Shown here: positions 49,130 to 59,400 of the stretch, in pieces | Position numbering within the stretch: position 1 is the stretch's first letter | Layout: every line of letters starts with the position of its first letter | Origin: Candidatus Woesearchaeota archaeon | GTDB taxonomy: Archaea; Nanobdellota; Nanobdellia; Woesearchaeales; GW2011-AR9 | Reading direction: 5' to 3' | Assembly (NCBI GenBank): GCA_018302605.1 | Contig: JAGVZN010000019.1 | Location: forward strand, 29,803-93,802 | Length of the DNA stretch: 64,000 bases | Notes under the pieces: generated by a model | Database searches by the model: none | Told to the model about the DNA's origin: nothing | Seen by the model: the letters and a program-made list of their open reading frames with translations, nothing else | Translations under genes and position numbers: made by a program

Positions 49130-50785
49130 CTAAAGTTTAGTATCATCACTAAAAGAACATCGCGGGCAATTATCTCCTGCCCTCTTACCTTCCTCCAACT
49201 TCTTTCCACAATAACAGACATAACCATTCTTTCGTGCCGGATTGCCATACACCAAGCCGAAGTCCGGAACATCTTTAGTTACAACAGAACCGGCACCTAC
49301 TAGAGCAAACCGGCCGATGGTCACGTCAGGCAGCACAACGACGCGTGCGCCGAGAGAAGCTCCTTCCTTAGCAAGAATTTTCCCTTCCGTCCAATCGCTG
49401 TCAGTCTTTAATTTACCATCACAACCGATCGCCCGCGGATGTTTATCATTTGTCAACACACAATGTGGACCGATAAACACCCCCTCTTCTAATGTTACGC
49501 CGTGATAGATTGATGAATTATTCTGGATCTTACAATTCTTACCGATGATGACATTTTTATCAACGTAGACGTTTTTTCCGAGAATACAATTGTCTCCGAT
49601 AAGGGCATTCTCACGGATCTGTGAATGGTGCCAGACTTTGACATTGCTCCCTATTTTGGCTTGAGGAGAGACTTCGGCAGTAGGGTGAACTTGAAGTTCT
49701 TTTATTTTTTGTACGATATCTTTACTCGCGCCAAAATAAAATTGGTGGATATTGGCCCTAAGGTATAATAAAGCATCGCCTGCAAAAAAAGAATGGTAAC
49801 ACAAATTGATATTCTCGGTAGTAGTTCTCGCTAAAATATTCTTTCTATCGTTCACTGGTCGCATCCATTCAGTTTCATTACGCGGAATCAGACACGGTTT
49901 GTTTAAACTCACTGCTTCTTCCTGAACTCCCCCAGAATCAGTGATACAGAATTTACATGACAAAAGCAAAGCTAAGAAATTAAAATAGGATTGTGGTTCT
50001 ATAACTTTCACATTTTGAGGAAACGTAAATCCAGTTTGATCTAACTTCTTCTTAGTGCGTGGATGAAGAGGGAAAACTAAGTTTTTTTCAATACCGGAGA
50101 TGTGAACTAAAGATCTCATTATTTCCGTAAAGTTTGGTTCTTCAGTGTTCTCTGCTCGATGAATGGTGACCAGCACAAAATTATTTTCCGCCAGGTTCAA
50201 GTCTTGAAGAATAGTTTTATTTGCAAGTATACTATTTCTTTGAACCGTATCATATGCTGTACTTCCACAGGTGAACATTTTCCCAGAAAATTTCCCCTCT
50301 ATTTTCTCTTCATTTTCCAGATTATCTCGAGCATAGACGTCTGGTACCATCAAATAATCAGACAATCTATCAACCTCGATCCGATTAATCTCTTCCGGCA
50401 TCTCCCGATTAAACGACCGACAACCAGCTTCAATATGCATTAACGGGATTTTACTTTTTTTTGCTGCTCGAGCGCCGGCTAGTGTTGAGTTCGTATCACC
50501 TTGGACAATAACTAAATCTGGTCTTTCTTGATCGAGAAGTCTTTCAATCTTCTCTTGCACCAATGCCAACTGTTCCTCTCGTGGATGAGACCCGATGTTT
50601 AACATAAAGTATGGTTCTGGTAATTTCAATTCTTCAAAGAAGATTTTATCCATATTATAATCATAATGTTGTCCCGTATGGATAATCTTGTTCTCAAAGA
50701 AAGAGTCTTGTTCCAACAGATCGATTACCGGAGACAATTTAATGATCTCCGGCCTTGTTCCGAGAATAGTAATTATTTTCATCAA
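49130..50785 (-). CDS. Non-hydrolysing UDP-GlcNAc 2-epimerase (WecB/WbpI-like) + hexapeptide N-acetyltransferase (WbpD-like) fusion
   Basis: GTRPEIIK, HTGQHYD, QGDTNS, EAG-RS and TDSGGVQEE, then VHPTA...KIQNN...TNDKHPR...GNPAR and a terminal zinc ribbon. Confidence 0.9.
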   Translation of the reverse strand: MMKIITILGTRPEIIKLSPVIDLLEQDSFFENKIIHTGQHYDYNMDKIFFEELKLPEPYFMLNIGSHPREEQLALVQEKIERLLDQERPDLVIVQGDTNSTLAGARAAKKSKIPLMHIEAGCRSFNREMPEEINRIEVDRLSDYLMVPDVYARDNLENEEKIEGKFSGKMFTCGSTAYDTVQRNSILANKTILQDLNLAENNFVLVTIHRAENTEEPNFTEIMRSLVHISGIEKNLVFPLHPRTKKKLDQTGFTFPQNVKVIEPQSYFNFLALLLSCKFCITDSGGVQEEAVSLNKPCLIPRNETEWMRPVNDRKNILARTTTENINLCYHSFFAGDALLYLRANIHQFYFGASKDIVQKIKELQVHPTAEVSPQAKIGSNVKVWHHSQIRENALIGDNCILGKNVYVDKNVIIGKNCKIQNNSSIYHGVTLEEGVFIGPHCVLTNDKHPRAIGCDGKLKTDSDWTEGKILAKEGASLGARVVVLPDVTIGRFALVGAGSVVTKDVPDFGLVYGNPARKNGYVCYCGKKLEEGKRAGDNCPRCSFSDDTKL

Positions 50786-50828
50786 GAAGAGAGGAAAAAC
50801 TGCCTTTTTATGCTTTATGGGCTTGAAA

Positions 50829-50858
50829 CCCTATTCGTACCACCCCTATTCGTACCAC
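50829..50858. repeat. 15-bp tandem duplication
   Basis: CCCTATTCGTACCAC twice in an intergenic region. Confidence 0.85.
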
Positions 50859-50876
50859 TCTAACTTCAAACGATAG

Positions 50877-51620
50877 CTATTTTTTCCTCAAAAGATGCAA
50901 TCTTCTGGCTACTGATCTTGGCGTTATCAACAATAAATACCTAGCATGACTCCTCATTACTCGCAATAGACGAATCTTGGAAACACCATATTCCCGCACG
51001 TGCAATACAGCCGGATATTCGCGAATTGTATGACCCGCTGCATGAGCATTTACCAGCACTTCTGCTGTCGCTAAAAAATCAGGAGAATGAAACTGAACAG
51101 ACTTCACGACATCTTTTGTATAGACTCTGAACAGGGCGGTGAATGTGTGGATCTTAATCCCCGTAACCAAACGATATAATAAAGTAATTCCCTTGCTGAG
51201 AAAAAGACGATATCCAGGGACATTCTCCACACCACCCCGTGGATGATAAGGAGAAGCAGTAACGATAGATGTACAATCATCAATCAATTTCATCATCTCT
51301 ACTAAACCTTGGGGATCATAGGTACAATCGCTGTCCATCGTCGCCACAAAGTCGCCTGTCGCGGCAGCAAATCCTGTCCGCATTGCCGCCCCAAGATTCT
51401 TGTTTTTCTCATGACAGATAATTTTTGTATCTGGACGAGAGCCAAAATAGTGATTCAACAACTCAAATGTCTTATCTTTACTCCCGTCATCAACAAAAAT
51501 CAATTCTAGCGCAAACTTCTGTCCCAACTCTGTTAAAACAGGAGCAATTTTTGCGGCAAGAGGTGGAATCCCTTCTTCCTCGTTATAACAGGGAATAATT
51601 AGGGAGAATTTTGGATTCAT
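50877..51620 (-). CDS. GT2, dolichol-phosphate glycosyltransferase-like
   Basis: IIPCYNE, VDDGSKD, DSD and REYGVSK motifs. Confidence 0.9.
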   Translation of the reverse strand: MNPKFSLIIPCYNEEEGIPPLAAKIAPVLTELGQKFALELIFVDDGSKDKTFELLNHYFGSRPDTKIICHEKNKNLGAAMRTGFAAATGDFVATMDSDCTYDPQGLVEMMKLIDDCTSIVTASPYHPRGGVENVPGYRLFLSKGITLLYRLVTGIKIHTFTALFRVYTKDVVKSVQFHSPDFLATAEVLVNAHAAGHTIREYPAVLHVREYGVSKIRLLRVMRSHARYLLLITPRSVARRLHLLRKK

Positions 51621-53356
51621 TTTTTGGGTTTTAAAACTGCAAACATATTAGTATAAAACGGAAAGTTGTACTTGAAATTTTTTATTTCCGCTTTATCACC
51701 GATAATATCCATAAACATTTTCTTATCAAAAACATGGAGATGGCCAGGTGCTAAACCGATGTTCAGACCACCTAATAATGTTCCTAGACCCAGAGAGTGC
51801 AACATTCTTTTAAGGAAAAGAACTACTTTTTCATTAGGAACATTAATCACAATTTCTCCGCCAGGCTTAACAATGCGGTACAGCTCATTAAAGCCTTTCT
51901 GGGGAGAGGGAAGATGTTCCAAGACGTGAGAACTGATTGCTATATCCACACAATTATCGGGAAGATTAACCTGCTGGGCATCAGACTGAATAAAGTGTGC
52001 TTTATCAGAATTTATCTTTTTTCTTGCTACTGTTAGTAACTCTTCATCGATATCAACACAATAAATCTTCGAGCACTCTTTGACTAACTTTTGAGCATTA
52101 TAACCTTCCTCGCAACCAACATCTGCAATCACTTTCCCGGATGGCTGACGAACTAATCGTAAGATCATACTGCGACGTTGTTTCTCCTCTAGACGAATAA
52201 AAGGGTTCCTATTCTTCTCAAGCAGAGCCATCGAATTAGTCTTATTAAGCTTCTTATTCCAATTTTTGAGCTCTTGCTCGTCTCGAAGACCAAATTCCAT
52301 TATTTTTTTATTTTCATCAAAAGAAGATCGTGAAGCCATGATTCTAAACCCATTTTTTGGTTTTATAAACTTTCTGCAACAAGTATCCAAACCAGATATT
52401 CCTTTTGCTAAAAGTAGGATCACAATCCCGATAAAAGTTAAGAGATAGTACGTCAAAAGACGATCAAAAAGAACACCAGTCGTAAGCTTTGCAAGAGAGA
52501 GGGTGGTGACCGTTTGAAACAAGAACGCCTGTGATGCTTCTGTAACCCCAATTCCACCAGGCACAAAAGTAAATTGACTAAAGAGAATTGATCCACAGAA
52601 AGCAAAAGCAATATCTGCAAAACGAATGGGGAGTTTAATGACATTAAAAATAAAAGAGAGCCGCATCAACTCAAAAAACATCGCCCCAAATGAGCTGATG
52701 AGAATGATAATCAACACCCGCTTTTCCGTAAGCTTAAGTAAACCAACGAGAATACTCCTGTTGAGATTATGTATCTTCTCCGCAAGCACATGATTTTTGA
52801 TGAGCTTGGTAATCACCAATGTAGCAAATTGGTGGATCTTCTTTGGGTAAATAAAGAGTAAGACTATGAGGGATACAAACAGAATTAACAAGAAGTAAAT
52901 CGCCGACTGAAAATAATTCCCAAAATTAACAAATAAGAGGGAACCAAAGAAAAACAGCATCAGAGCAAGAAGGTCAAACAGGCGTTCTAGAAAAATAAGA
53001 GGAAGAGACTGAGAAACTCTAACACCATATTTCTCTTTAAGCAAGAGTGGCTTGGAGATCTCACCAACTCTCCCCACAGTGAAACTACCCGTCGCAAACC
53101 CAACAATAAAAGAGTAAAACGAGAACTTCCAGGGGAGTGTTATCCCTAGAGTCTCTTTAACTAAAAACCTCCAGCGGAAAACTCGTAGCCAAACGATGAT
53201 AAAGACAAAAAGAAGAATAGTTGTAAGAGAAGAGAAAGAAAAATAGTCGACGGTTGAAAGAACCAAACCATAATCCAACGTAGCGATCAACTGATAAAGG
53301 ACATAAATCCCAAAGAGAATCAGAAGAAAGTTAAGAATTTTCCGAAGATTAACCAT
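51617..53356 (-). CDS. UPF0104/LPG-synthase-TM flippase-like domain + class I methyltransferase fusion
   Basis: RW, GRVGE, ERLFD and PGGIGVTE (TM domain), then DVGCEEG, DID and HVLEH. Confidence 0.85.
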   Translation of the reverse strand: MVNLRKILNFLLILFGIYVLYQLIATLDYGLVLSTVDYFSFSSLTTILLFVFIIVWLRVFRWRFLVKETLGITLPWKFSFYSFIVGFATGSFTVGRVGEISKPLLLKEKYGVRVSQSLPLIFLERLFDLLALMLFFFGSLLFVNFGNYFQSAIYFLLILFVSLIVLLFIYPKKIHQFATLVITKLIKNHVLAEKIHNLNRSILVGLLKLTEKRVLIIILISSFGAMFFELMRLSFIFNVIKLPIRFADIAFAFCGSILFSQFTFVPGGIGVTEASQAFLFQTVTTLSLAKLTTGVLFDRLLTYYLLTFIGIVILLLAKGISGLDTCCRKFIKPKNGFRIMASRSSFDENKKIMEFGLRDEQELKNWNKKLNKTNSMALLEKNRNPFIRLEEKQRRSMILRLVRQPSGKVIADVGCEEGYNAQKLVKECSKIYCVDIDEELLTVARKKINSDKAHFIQSDAQQVNLPDNCVDIAISSHVLEHLPSPQKGFNELYRIVKPGGEIVINVPNEKVVLFLKRMLHSLGLGTLLGGLNIGLAPGHLHVFDKKMFMDIIGDKAEIKNFKYNFPFYTNMFAVLKPKK

Positions 53357-55184
53357 TTTCTTTTTCTTTCTTAAAGATAAGGATTACGGATAATTTCGAA
53401 AGACCTTTATTGGTAGGAATTTCTCTTTCTACTGTTTTCACTGGTTTGAAACCAAGACTCAAGAAATAATTAATACTTTCCTGGGAGAGAGGATAATACC
53501 AAGAAGGTTGAGTATATTCCCACATATCAACCTCTAGATAAACATCGCTTGTTTTCGAAAGCATTTTAAGATCTTCCTCAAACGCAGTCCTGTTTTCAAG
53601 ATATTTTGTTCCACGAAGATACCAAATCGGCCCTCCCGTAAAAATATCAATAGCGGAATCAGCTTCCCCCAAAGAATGATATTCTCTCTCTGTAAAAGCT
53701 CTGATCATTCGTGGTGAACCGGCAAAGATGGGGATATCATTAGGAACATTTTCTGTTAACCACTGACCCGCCTCGGGATAACCAGTATAGCCATACGATT
53801 TTGCGGTGATAAACGCATTTCCGGTGTTATACTGATGAACAGAAACAAGAATGAGAGTCAGTAAGATCACTACCACTCGAATTTTTGCCCGCACTTTTGT
53901 ATCTCTCATCAGAAGAGAGAGATAATTCGCCGCCTCTTGTATTGCGAAGCTGCTGAATAGGATCAGGATAGGAACCATAAAGAGAAGATGCCGCGCATCA
54001 GGATTGTCCAACCCGACTTCTGAAAATACCCAATAGAAAAAGAACAGAAATGCAGGAAAGTAGAACTGCCTTAACCGGTAGGCGAGGACCAAGAGCAAAC
54101 CGATGACCGCCAAAGGTAGGAGATACCCGGGAAACACAAAAGGAAATAATTTAGTCGTATCCAGACCATAAGGCATTCCTCTAAAATTAACAAAAAGAAG
54201 CAGTGCTCTAAATAATGTTGGTGAACTACTGACAATCTGGGTTAAAACTGCAAACGAGAGAGGAATAGCCCAAGCGTAAAGATAAGGTTTCGAAAAAATA
54301 TTTTTTCTCTCAAAGAAGAGATAATAAATAATGAGGATCATAAAGAAGTGAGCCGCCTGAAACTTCGCAAATAGTGCAAGTATAAAAGAAAAGCCCGTCA
54401 TTACAGACCAGAACTTATTTCTCTTTTTGTTCATCATCACGAAACAATATAATATAAAGATCGTTGCTGTAGCAAGAGTTGGATCACCCAGAAAACGAGT
54501 ATTGAAGAACCAGAATAGATTATGGAAAGCGAGAAGTGTGGCTGCAATCAATCCGAGAGATTTATCTTTAATCTCTGAACCAAGAAGATAAATCAGGAGA
54601 ATCCCCAGCATGCCGAAAAAGAGCGCAGTTAACTTGCTCGTTAGAAATATGTCATGATTAAAAAAATAGAACACTAACGCAGTAAATTGATTAAGAATAT
54701 GGTCTTGGTAATAAAAGTCTTGGGATAAAAGGTATAGAGGTTCACGAGCAGCTTTGACTACGACCCACATATGTACTGCGGAGTCATTCCACAAGCTCTC
54801 TTGCCGAATAAATCTCCAGCGAATAAAGAACCCGATCAAGAAAACCAACGAAAACCCCAGGTTCCAAGGATTCTTAAAAAACGTAATTAGCTTTTGTTTC
54901 CGATCACCACTCGTTTTCCCAGGGGGGGTATGAACTTCGGAGGGATGGGGTGCAGGATGAGATGGAGATCGGAGAGTATCATCTGAGTGGGCTGTTTCAG
55001 AAATAGGAGCAGCAAGAATATCACTTGTGAGATTAAGGTCAGGAGAGGTAAAATCCATCACTTCATCGATATTAGTTTGTGCAACAATAAATCTAGCTGT
55101 CTTTGGATCTTGTTTAGCTATTCCCTCGACTTCTTTTTCCCGTTGAGAAGAACTTTCTTTTTTTTTAGTCTTTCTGATAGCCAT
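53349..55184 (-). CDS. GT-C membrane glycosyltransferase (PMT/ArnT-like)
   Basis: Disordered N-terminus, LWNDS, about 12 TM segments, AKF and RH motifs. Start at ATG 55184 after GAGGGTG. Confidence 0.75.
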   Translation of the reverse strand: MAIRKTKKKESSSQREKEVEGIAKQDPKTARFIVAQTNIDEVMDFTSPDLNLTSDILAAPISETAHSDDTLRSPSHPAPHPSEVHTPPGKTSGDRKQKLITFFKNPWNLGFSLVFLIGFFIRWRFIRQESLWNDSAVHMWVVVKAAREPLYLLSQDFYYQDHILNQFTALVFYFFNHDIFLTSKLTALFFGMLGILLIYLLGSEIKDKSLGLIAATLLAFHNLFWFFNTRFLGDPTLATATIFILYCFVMMNKKRNKFWSVMTGFSFILALFAKFQAAHFFMILIIYYLFFERKNIFSKPYLYAWAIPLSFAVLTQIVSSSPTLFRALLLFVNFRGMPYGLDTTKLFPFVFPGYLLPLAVIGLLLVLAYRLRQFYFPAFLFFFYWVFSEVGLDNPDARHLLFMVPILILFSSFAIQEAANYLSLLMRDTKVRAKIRVVVILLTLILVSVHQYNTGNAFITAKSYGYTGYPEAGQWLTENVPNDIPIFAGSPRMIRAFTEREYHSLGEADSAIDIFTGGPIWYLRGTKYLENRTAFEEDLKMLSKTSDVYLEVDMWEYTQPSWYYPLSQESINYFLSLGFKPVKTVEREIPTNKGLSKLSVILIFKKEKENG

Positions 55185-55249
55185 AACACCCTCAAAACAT
55201 GATCCCTTCTTCCCCAACCTTTATAAAATTTGTTGAACCACAAACCCCT

Positions 55250-55738
55250 ATGCCTAAGAAGAAGATGCTGGTGGTCCTGGGTATGGGTGGACACACTTCA
55301 CAGATCCTTCACTTGATTGAAGCATTGGGCGATGCCTATGAATACAAATACATTCTTGGTCACGATGATCACACTTCTGCTGTCAAGATCAAACATGAAG
55401 GAAAGATCCTGACGATGCGTAATCCCCGCCTGATGACAGACCGAAGATTACTAAAAGTCGTATTTAATATGGTACCGGCGACATTCCAAGCTTTTTCCAT
55501 CCTGCGAAAAACAAAGCCTGATGCCATCCTCAGCGCCGGTCCGGCGTTGGCTATCCCGCTCTTCTGGCTGGCTAAAGCACGAGGAATAAGAACGATCTTT
55601 ATCGAATCTTGGGTGCGCGTTCATCATAAGTCATTGACCGGGAAACTGGTGTATCCGGTCAGTGATCTTTTCTTTGTCCAGTGGAAGAGCATGAAGAATA
55701 TCTATCCAAAAGCGGTCTACGCCGGCAGATTATCATGA
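55250..55738 (+). CDS. Alg14/PssD-like glycosyltransferase subunit
   Basis: GMGGHT, SAGP, FIES-x-x-RV, SLTGK and VQW motifs. Confidence 0.9.
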   Translation: MPKKKMLVVLGMGGHTSQILHLIEALGDAYEYKYILGHDDHTSAVKIKHEGKILTMRNPRLMTDRRLLKVVFNMVPATFQAFSILRKTKPDAILSAGPALAIPLFWLAKARGIRTIFIESWVRVHHKSLTGKLVYPVSDLFFVQWKSMKNIYPKAVYAGRLS

Positions 55739-56304
55739 GAAGACAACAGTTGGAGAAACAAAAGATGGGAGAATTAAATTCTCAAAAGCAGGAACGAAAG
55801 ACTTCGGAAGCAAAAGAACAAGACGACCAATCTCGACAAAAGAAAATATTGTTTGTGACTGTGGGAAATGGCAAGTTTGATCCGCTCATCCAGGAGATAG
55901 ACCGGCTGAAGAAAGAAGGAAAAATTTCTCACGAGATCATTATCCAGCTCGGCCACGGAACATATCAGCCGCAACACTGCCGCTGGTTCACTTTTGAACC
56001 GCATCTGGAAAAATATTATGAACAGGCCGATCTGATTATCAGCCACGGCGGACCGGGAACGGTCTTTGAGATCCTGCGCCGGAACAAAAAACTGATCGCT
56101 CTTCCTAACCGCGACCGCACTGATCCCCGGCACCAAGTAGAATATCTGGAAGCGATGGCCAAAGAAACGACGTCCCTGCTTTACTGTGACGCAGTAGAAA
56201 AAGTGGGAGATTTTGTAAAAAAAGCAGAGAGTCATCCGTTTGCAACATATCAACCGCCGTCCTCAACCATTCATCTTGTAATTAACCGAGCTTTACAGAA
56301 CTAA
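55735..56304 (+). CDS. Alg13/PssE-like glycosyltransferase subunit (GT28 C-terminal)
   Basis: FVTVG, FD-x-L, IQLG, ISHGGPGT and HQ motifs. Confidence 0.9.
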   Translation: MRRQQLEKQKMGELNSQKQERKTSEAKEQDDQSRQKKILFVTVGNGKFDPLIQEIDRLKKEGKISHEIIIQLGHGTYQPQHCRWFTFEPHLEKYYEQADLIISHGGPGTVFEILRRNKKLIALPNRDRTDPRHQVEYLEAMAKETTSLLYCDAVEKVGDFVKKAESHPFATYQPPSSTIHLVINRALQN

Positions 56305-57581
56305 TGATCCATCGCCTCAAGAATTATCTTCAGCAAGGAAAGACTTCTTCTTATCTGATTAAGACTTTCTTGATGTACGGCTTAATCGCCGTAAGCATCA
56401 TCATCACAAAAGTTCTCATCGCTCGTTTTTATGGTCAGGAAGAGTTGGGGTTGTTTTCTTTTTTCTTCGGCCTGGTCAGTCTTGTCTTTTTGTTTACATC
56501 GTTCGGCTGTCCGGAAGCGCTGACTCAAGTCATCGTCAAAAATCCAACAGCTTTCCCCGATGCTGCCAAGAAAGCCGGGAGGCTGATCCTCATCTTTTCG
56601 GTGATTGTGACCATCCCTTTCTTGACTACCAATTTCTTTCTTCCAACAACAGGGTTGAAAATTAATTTTGCGTTATACCTCATGACATACACCTTCTTTT
56701 ATCTCAGCTATTCTTTCTTTCGCGGCCAGAAGCAGTTTGTCACCGGAACAGCGTATTCTTTATTGAACCGTCTGTTGTTTATCGGAGCGATCTTTGCGGG
56801 GGCGTATCTCTCTGCGCCATTTGAGATCGTCTTATCCGGTCTTTCCGTCGCGCTGCTCCTCTCCACGCTTCCAACCCTGCCCGCGCTTCTGCGCTCGTGG
56901 AGAGCAGCTGCAGAAAAAAGCACTATTCCTTTCCGGGAATTCTTGCTCCTCGCTTTTTCATTATTCTTGATGCAAGCGGGATTTTATCTCCTGCGTGAAG
57001 CAGACTTGATCATCATCCCTTATCTCACCGATTTTAAAGAGCTGGGATTATATTCTGCACATTCTTCGTTAAGCAATATCATCCGATTGATCGCCTACGT
57101 CTTTCCTGTCGTTGTCCTGCCTCTGGCGGTGGTCAACAAGTATAAACTGAAACAATCGTTAACGAAGATCCTACTCTTGCTGATTCCTTTCTCAACGATT
57201 ATCTTGGGAGCGACCTATCTGCTTGTTCCCCTGCTTTATGGTCCGGAATATTTCCATGGGACACTGCCGCTGGCTTTGGTTCTTTCTTCCGCGATCATGG
57301 TTGTCTATTCGTATTTTAATTCTGTCTTTGTCGGTGAAAATCGTGTTTCAGGAGCAGTCTTAAAAATCGTCGGACTGGACTTTGTCTTGTCTTTGCTGGT
57401 CAATACGGGGCTGACCATCCTCTTGGTGTGGTCATGGGGCATTATTGGCGCACCGATCGCGACGGCGTTGACAGTATTGCTGAAAATTTGGTTGAATGTC
57501 TACGGGATCAAGAAGCTGCGGCGCGGTAAGGAGAATAATGGGGAATTGGCGGCAGAGAATACAACGCCTGCGGCTCTGTAG
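56304..57581 (+). CDS. Polysaccharide biosynthesis/flippase-like membrane protein
   Basis: About 12 TM segments with ARFYG-EELG, LGLYS and GIIGAPIA motifs. Confidence 0.8.
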   Translation: MIHRLKNYLQQGKTSSYLIKTFLMYGLIAVSIIITKVLIARFYGQEELGLFSFFFGLVSLVFLFTSFGCPEALTQVIVKNPTAFPDAAKKAGRLILIFSVIVTIPFLTTNFFLPTTGLKINFALYLMTYTFFYLSYSFFRGQKQFVTGTAYSLLNRLLFIGAIFAGAYLSAPFEIVLSGLSVALLLSTLPTLPALLRSWRAAAEKSTIPFREFLLLAFSLFLMQAGFYLLREADLIIIPYLTDFKELGLYSAHSSLSNIIRLIAYVFPVVVLPLAVVNKYKLKQSLTKILLLLIPFSTIILGATYLLVPLLYGPEYFHGTLPLALVLSSAIMVVYSYFNSVFVGENRVSGAVLKIVGLDFVLSLLVNTGLTILLVWSWGIIGAPIATALTVLLKIWLNVYGIKKLRRGKENNGELAAENTTPAAL

Positions 57582-57713
57582 AAAAAGTCGTCCGCCTGGC
57601 CTAAAGATTGACCGTGAGAAGCGATATGCTGGAACAGGTGCGAAAACGATCAGATCAAATGGCCGGTTCTCCTGCACATAATCTTTAAATAAAATCATTC
57701 CTCAATTTCGGAG

Positions 57714-58307
57714 ATGAATCACCTCGCCCTTAAAGTCCATCAGTTCCTGGCAGCGCGGACGCAAGGCCGGCCTTTAGAATTGGGGGATTATCTTCTGGAA
57801 AAGAGAGACAACGGGGCTTACCTTCACCTGATGGGAGGAGAATTAGCTGAATGCGGCGCTACACCGGGAGAAACGTGGGAAGCTGTTTTCGTTCCTTTCT
57901 CTGACGATTTGGAATATCTCCATCAATTCTTTGCCCAGCACTATGATGGAATCCGTCTGGGTGTGGAAGCGCAATATGATCATACGGGACATCTTAGTCT
58001 TGTTGCCGGAGTGGTCTATAATGGAATCACTGATTATTACCGCTGTTTGACCGATGCTGCGGGTATTTCCCGCTATTATGATCATCAGCGACCTACAGAG
58101 GTCGTGCCTAATCAAGATGATTGCTCTATCCAGATTGAGTTTGGCGCTGTCCAGAACGGATTTTCGGTCACTTTTCTTGATGTGGAGAAGAAAGAATTGT
58201 TCTCCAAATCGTTTCCTCAAACATATCTTGCGCTCGAGCAGCGGCTGAGTAGATTATTGAACGATTGTTCGAGAAATCGTCCGCCGAAAACATTCATTCA
58301 GGGGTGA
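57714..58307 (+). CDS. Hypothetical protein
   Basis: 197-aa ORF with TTTAAATA about 30 nt upstream. No motif recognised. Confidence 0.6.
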   Translation: MNHLALKVHQFLAARTQGRPLELGDYLLEKRDNGAYLHLMGGELAECGATPGETWEAVFVPFSDDLEYLHQFFAQHYDGIRLGVEAQYDHTGHLSLVAGVVYNGITDYYRCLTDAAGISRYYDHQRPTEVVPNQDDCSIQIEFGAVQNGFSVTFLDVEKKELFSKSFPQTYLALEQRLSRLLNDCSRNRPPKTFIQG

Positions 58308-58564
58308 ATTTTCTGGCCCGTCTCCAGGTCATATATTTCGATGATGTTTACCGGACAGACTTGCGCTGCCTCCAGATGTCTCGCCAAAGCGGATTCTTCA
58401 ATGATCAATTCTTCCACCTCATCTGTTTTCACAGTTTGGACATCTTTTAAAGTGGCAATACTCTTCTCTTTGTCATAATGCCATAATTCCGGCGCGGCAA
58501 ACTCACAGGCGCCGGCGCCGATGCATTGACTTTTACGATAGATTATTTTGTATTGTTTGGACAT
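58298..58564 (-). CDS. Ferredoxin (probably 3Fe-4S)
   Basis: CIGAGAC...AAQVCPVNII..DLETG. Confidence 0.85.
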   Translation of the reverse strand: MSKQYKIIYRKSQCIGAGACEFAAPELWHYDKEKSIATLKDVQTVKTDEVEELIIEESALARHLEAAQVCPVNIIEIYDLETGQKIHP

Positions 58565-58611
58565 GAAGAAGAGAAAGAAAAAGAAATAGTTTAAATGGGT
58601 TGTGGAAGAAA

Positions 58612-58801
58612 AAGAGATTATTTTTCTTACAAAAGCTCTGAAAGCATTATTTCTGTTTGAGAGGAATGGAAACAGAGTGATTACGATTTGATCATTGTTT
58701 CGCCAAAGTAGGGGTATTCATTGGCTTCAAAGAATTCAAAGCGAAAATGAAGCATTCATTCATCGTACGCAGTGCTTTAAAATATGGAAAAATAATCTCT
58801 T
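58612..58801. pseudogene. Inverted-repeat-bounded remnant with a minimal nucleotidyltransferase-like fragment
   Basis: 15-bp perfect IR AAGAGATTATTTTTC/GAAAAATAATCTCTT. An internal + frame reads EEWKQSDYDLIIVSPK*. Confidence 0.35.
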
Positions 58802-58810
58802 CTTAAATGC

Positions 58811-59356
58811 CTACCTTTCCTGCGTAAACACCTTAAACTCCTCATACCCCGCCAAAATTTTTTCTAGTGTATAAGCACGCACTTTCCCGGCAGCCAACGC
58901 ATCAATCCTTCCCCGCATCAATCCCGGAACGACTAATGATTGGAAAGCCTGATAAATCTGTTCGTATTGATCGGCGGGGAGAACTTCATCAAGAGAGGGG
59001 CGTTTCCCCAGATAATACTGCGAGAGCTCATTCACAAACCGGTCCAGGCGCAGACCCTGGTACGGTCGAGTAAACGCATACCACTGCTTTAACAGATCTC
59101 GCTCTAATTCGGGAAAAGGCTCTTTAATTTCATAACAGCCACGCAGCCGATGGTATTCTGAGATAATCTGCAGGGCATCGAAATCTTGACCGAGCATTTC
59201 TGCGGCAGAAAAGCGCGCTACTTCATTAGTGAAAGAATCACTTTCCCGAGCCAGAAGTACGGAACGCGGAAGAGAATAATCTGGATGGTGCGGGTGATTC
59301 CCCCCCCGAAATGAAAGAGCACGATCTAAAGCCAGTGAAACCATCAGCAAGTTCAA
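58811..59356 (-). CDS. Hypothetical protein
   Basis: 181-aa ORF with a TTTATAAA motif upstream. Start uncertain. Confidence 0.55.
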   Translation of the reverse strand: MNLLMVSLALDRALSFRGGNHPHHPDYSLPRSVLLARESDSFTNEVARFSAAEMLGQDFDALQIISEYHRLRGCYEIKEPFPELERDLLKQWYAFTRPYQGLRLDRFVNELSQYYLGKRPSLDEVLPADQYEQIYQAFQSLVVPGLMRGRIDALAAGKVRAYTLEKILAGYEEFKVFTQER

Positions 59357-59400
59357 GAGGATTTTTTTTATAAAGATTCATTACAGGAAGCGGGCGGGTA

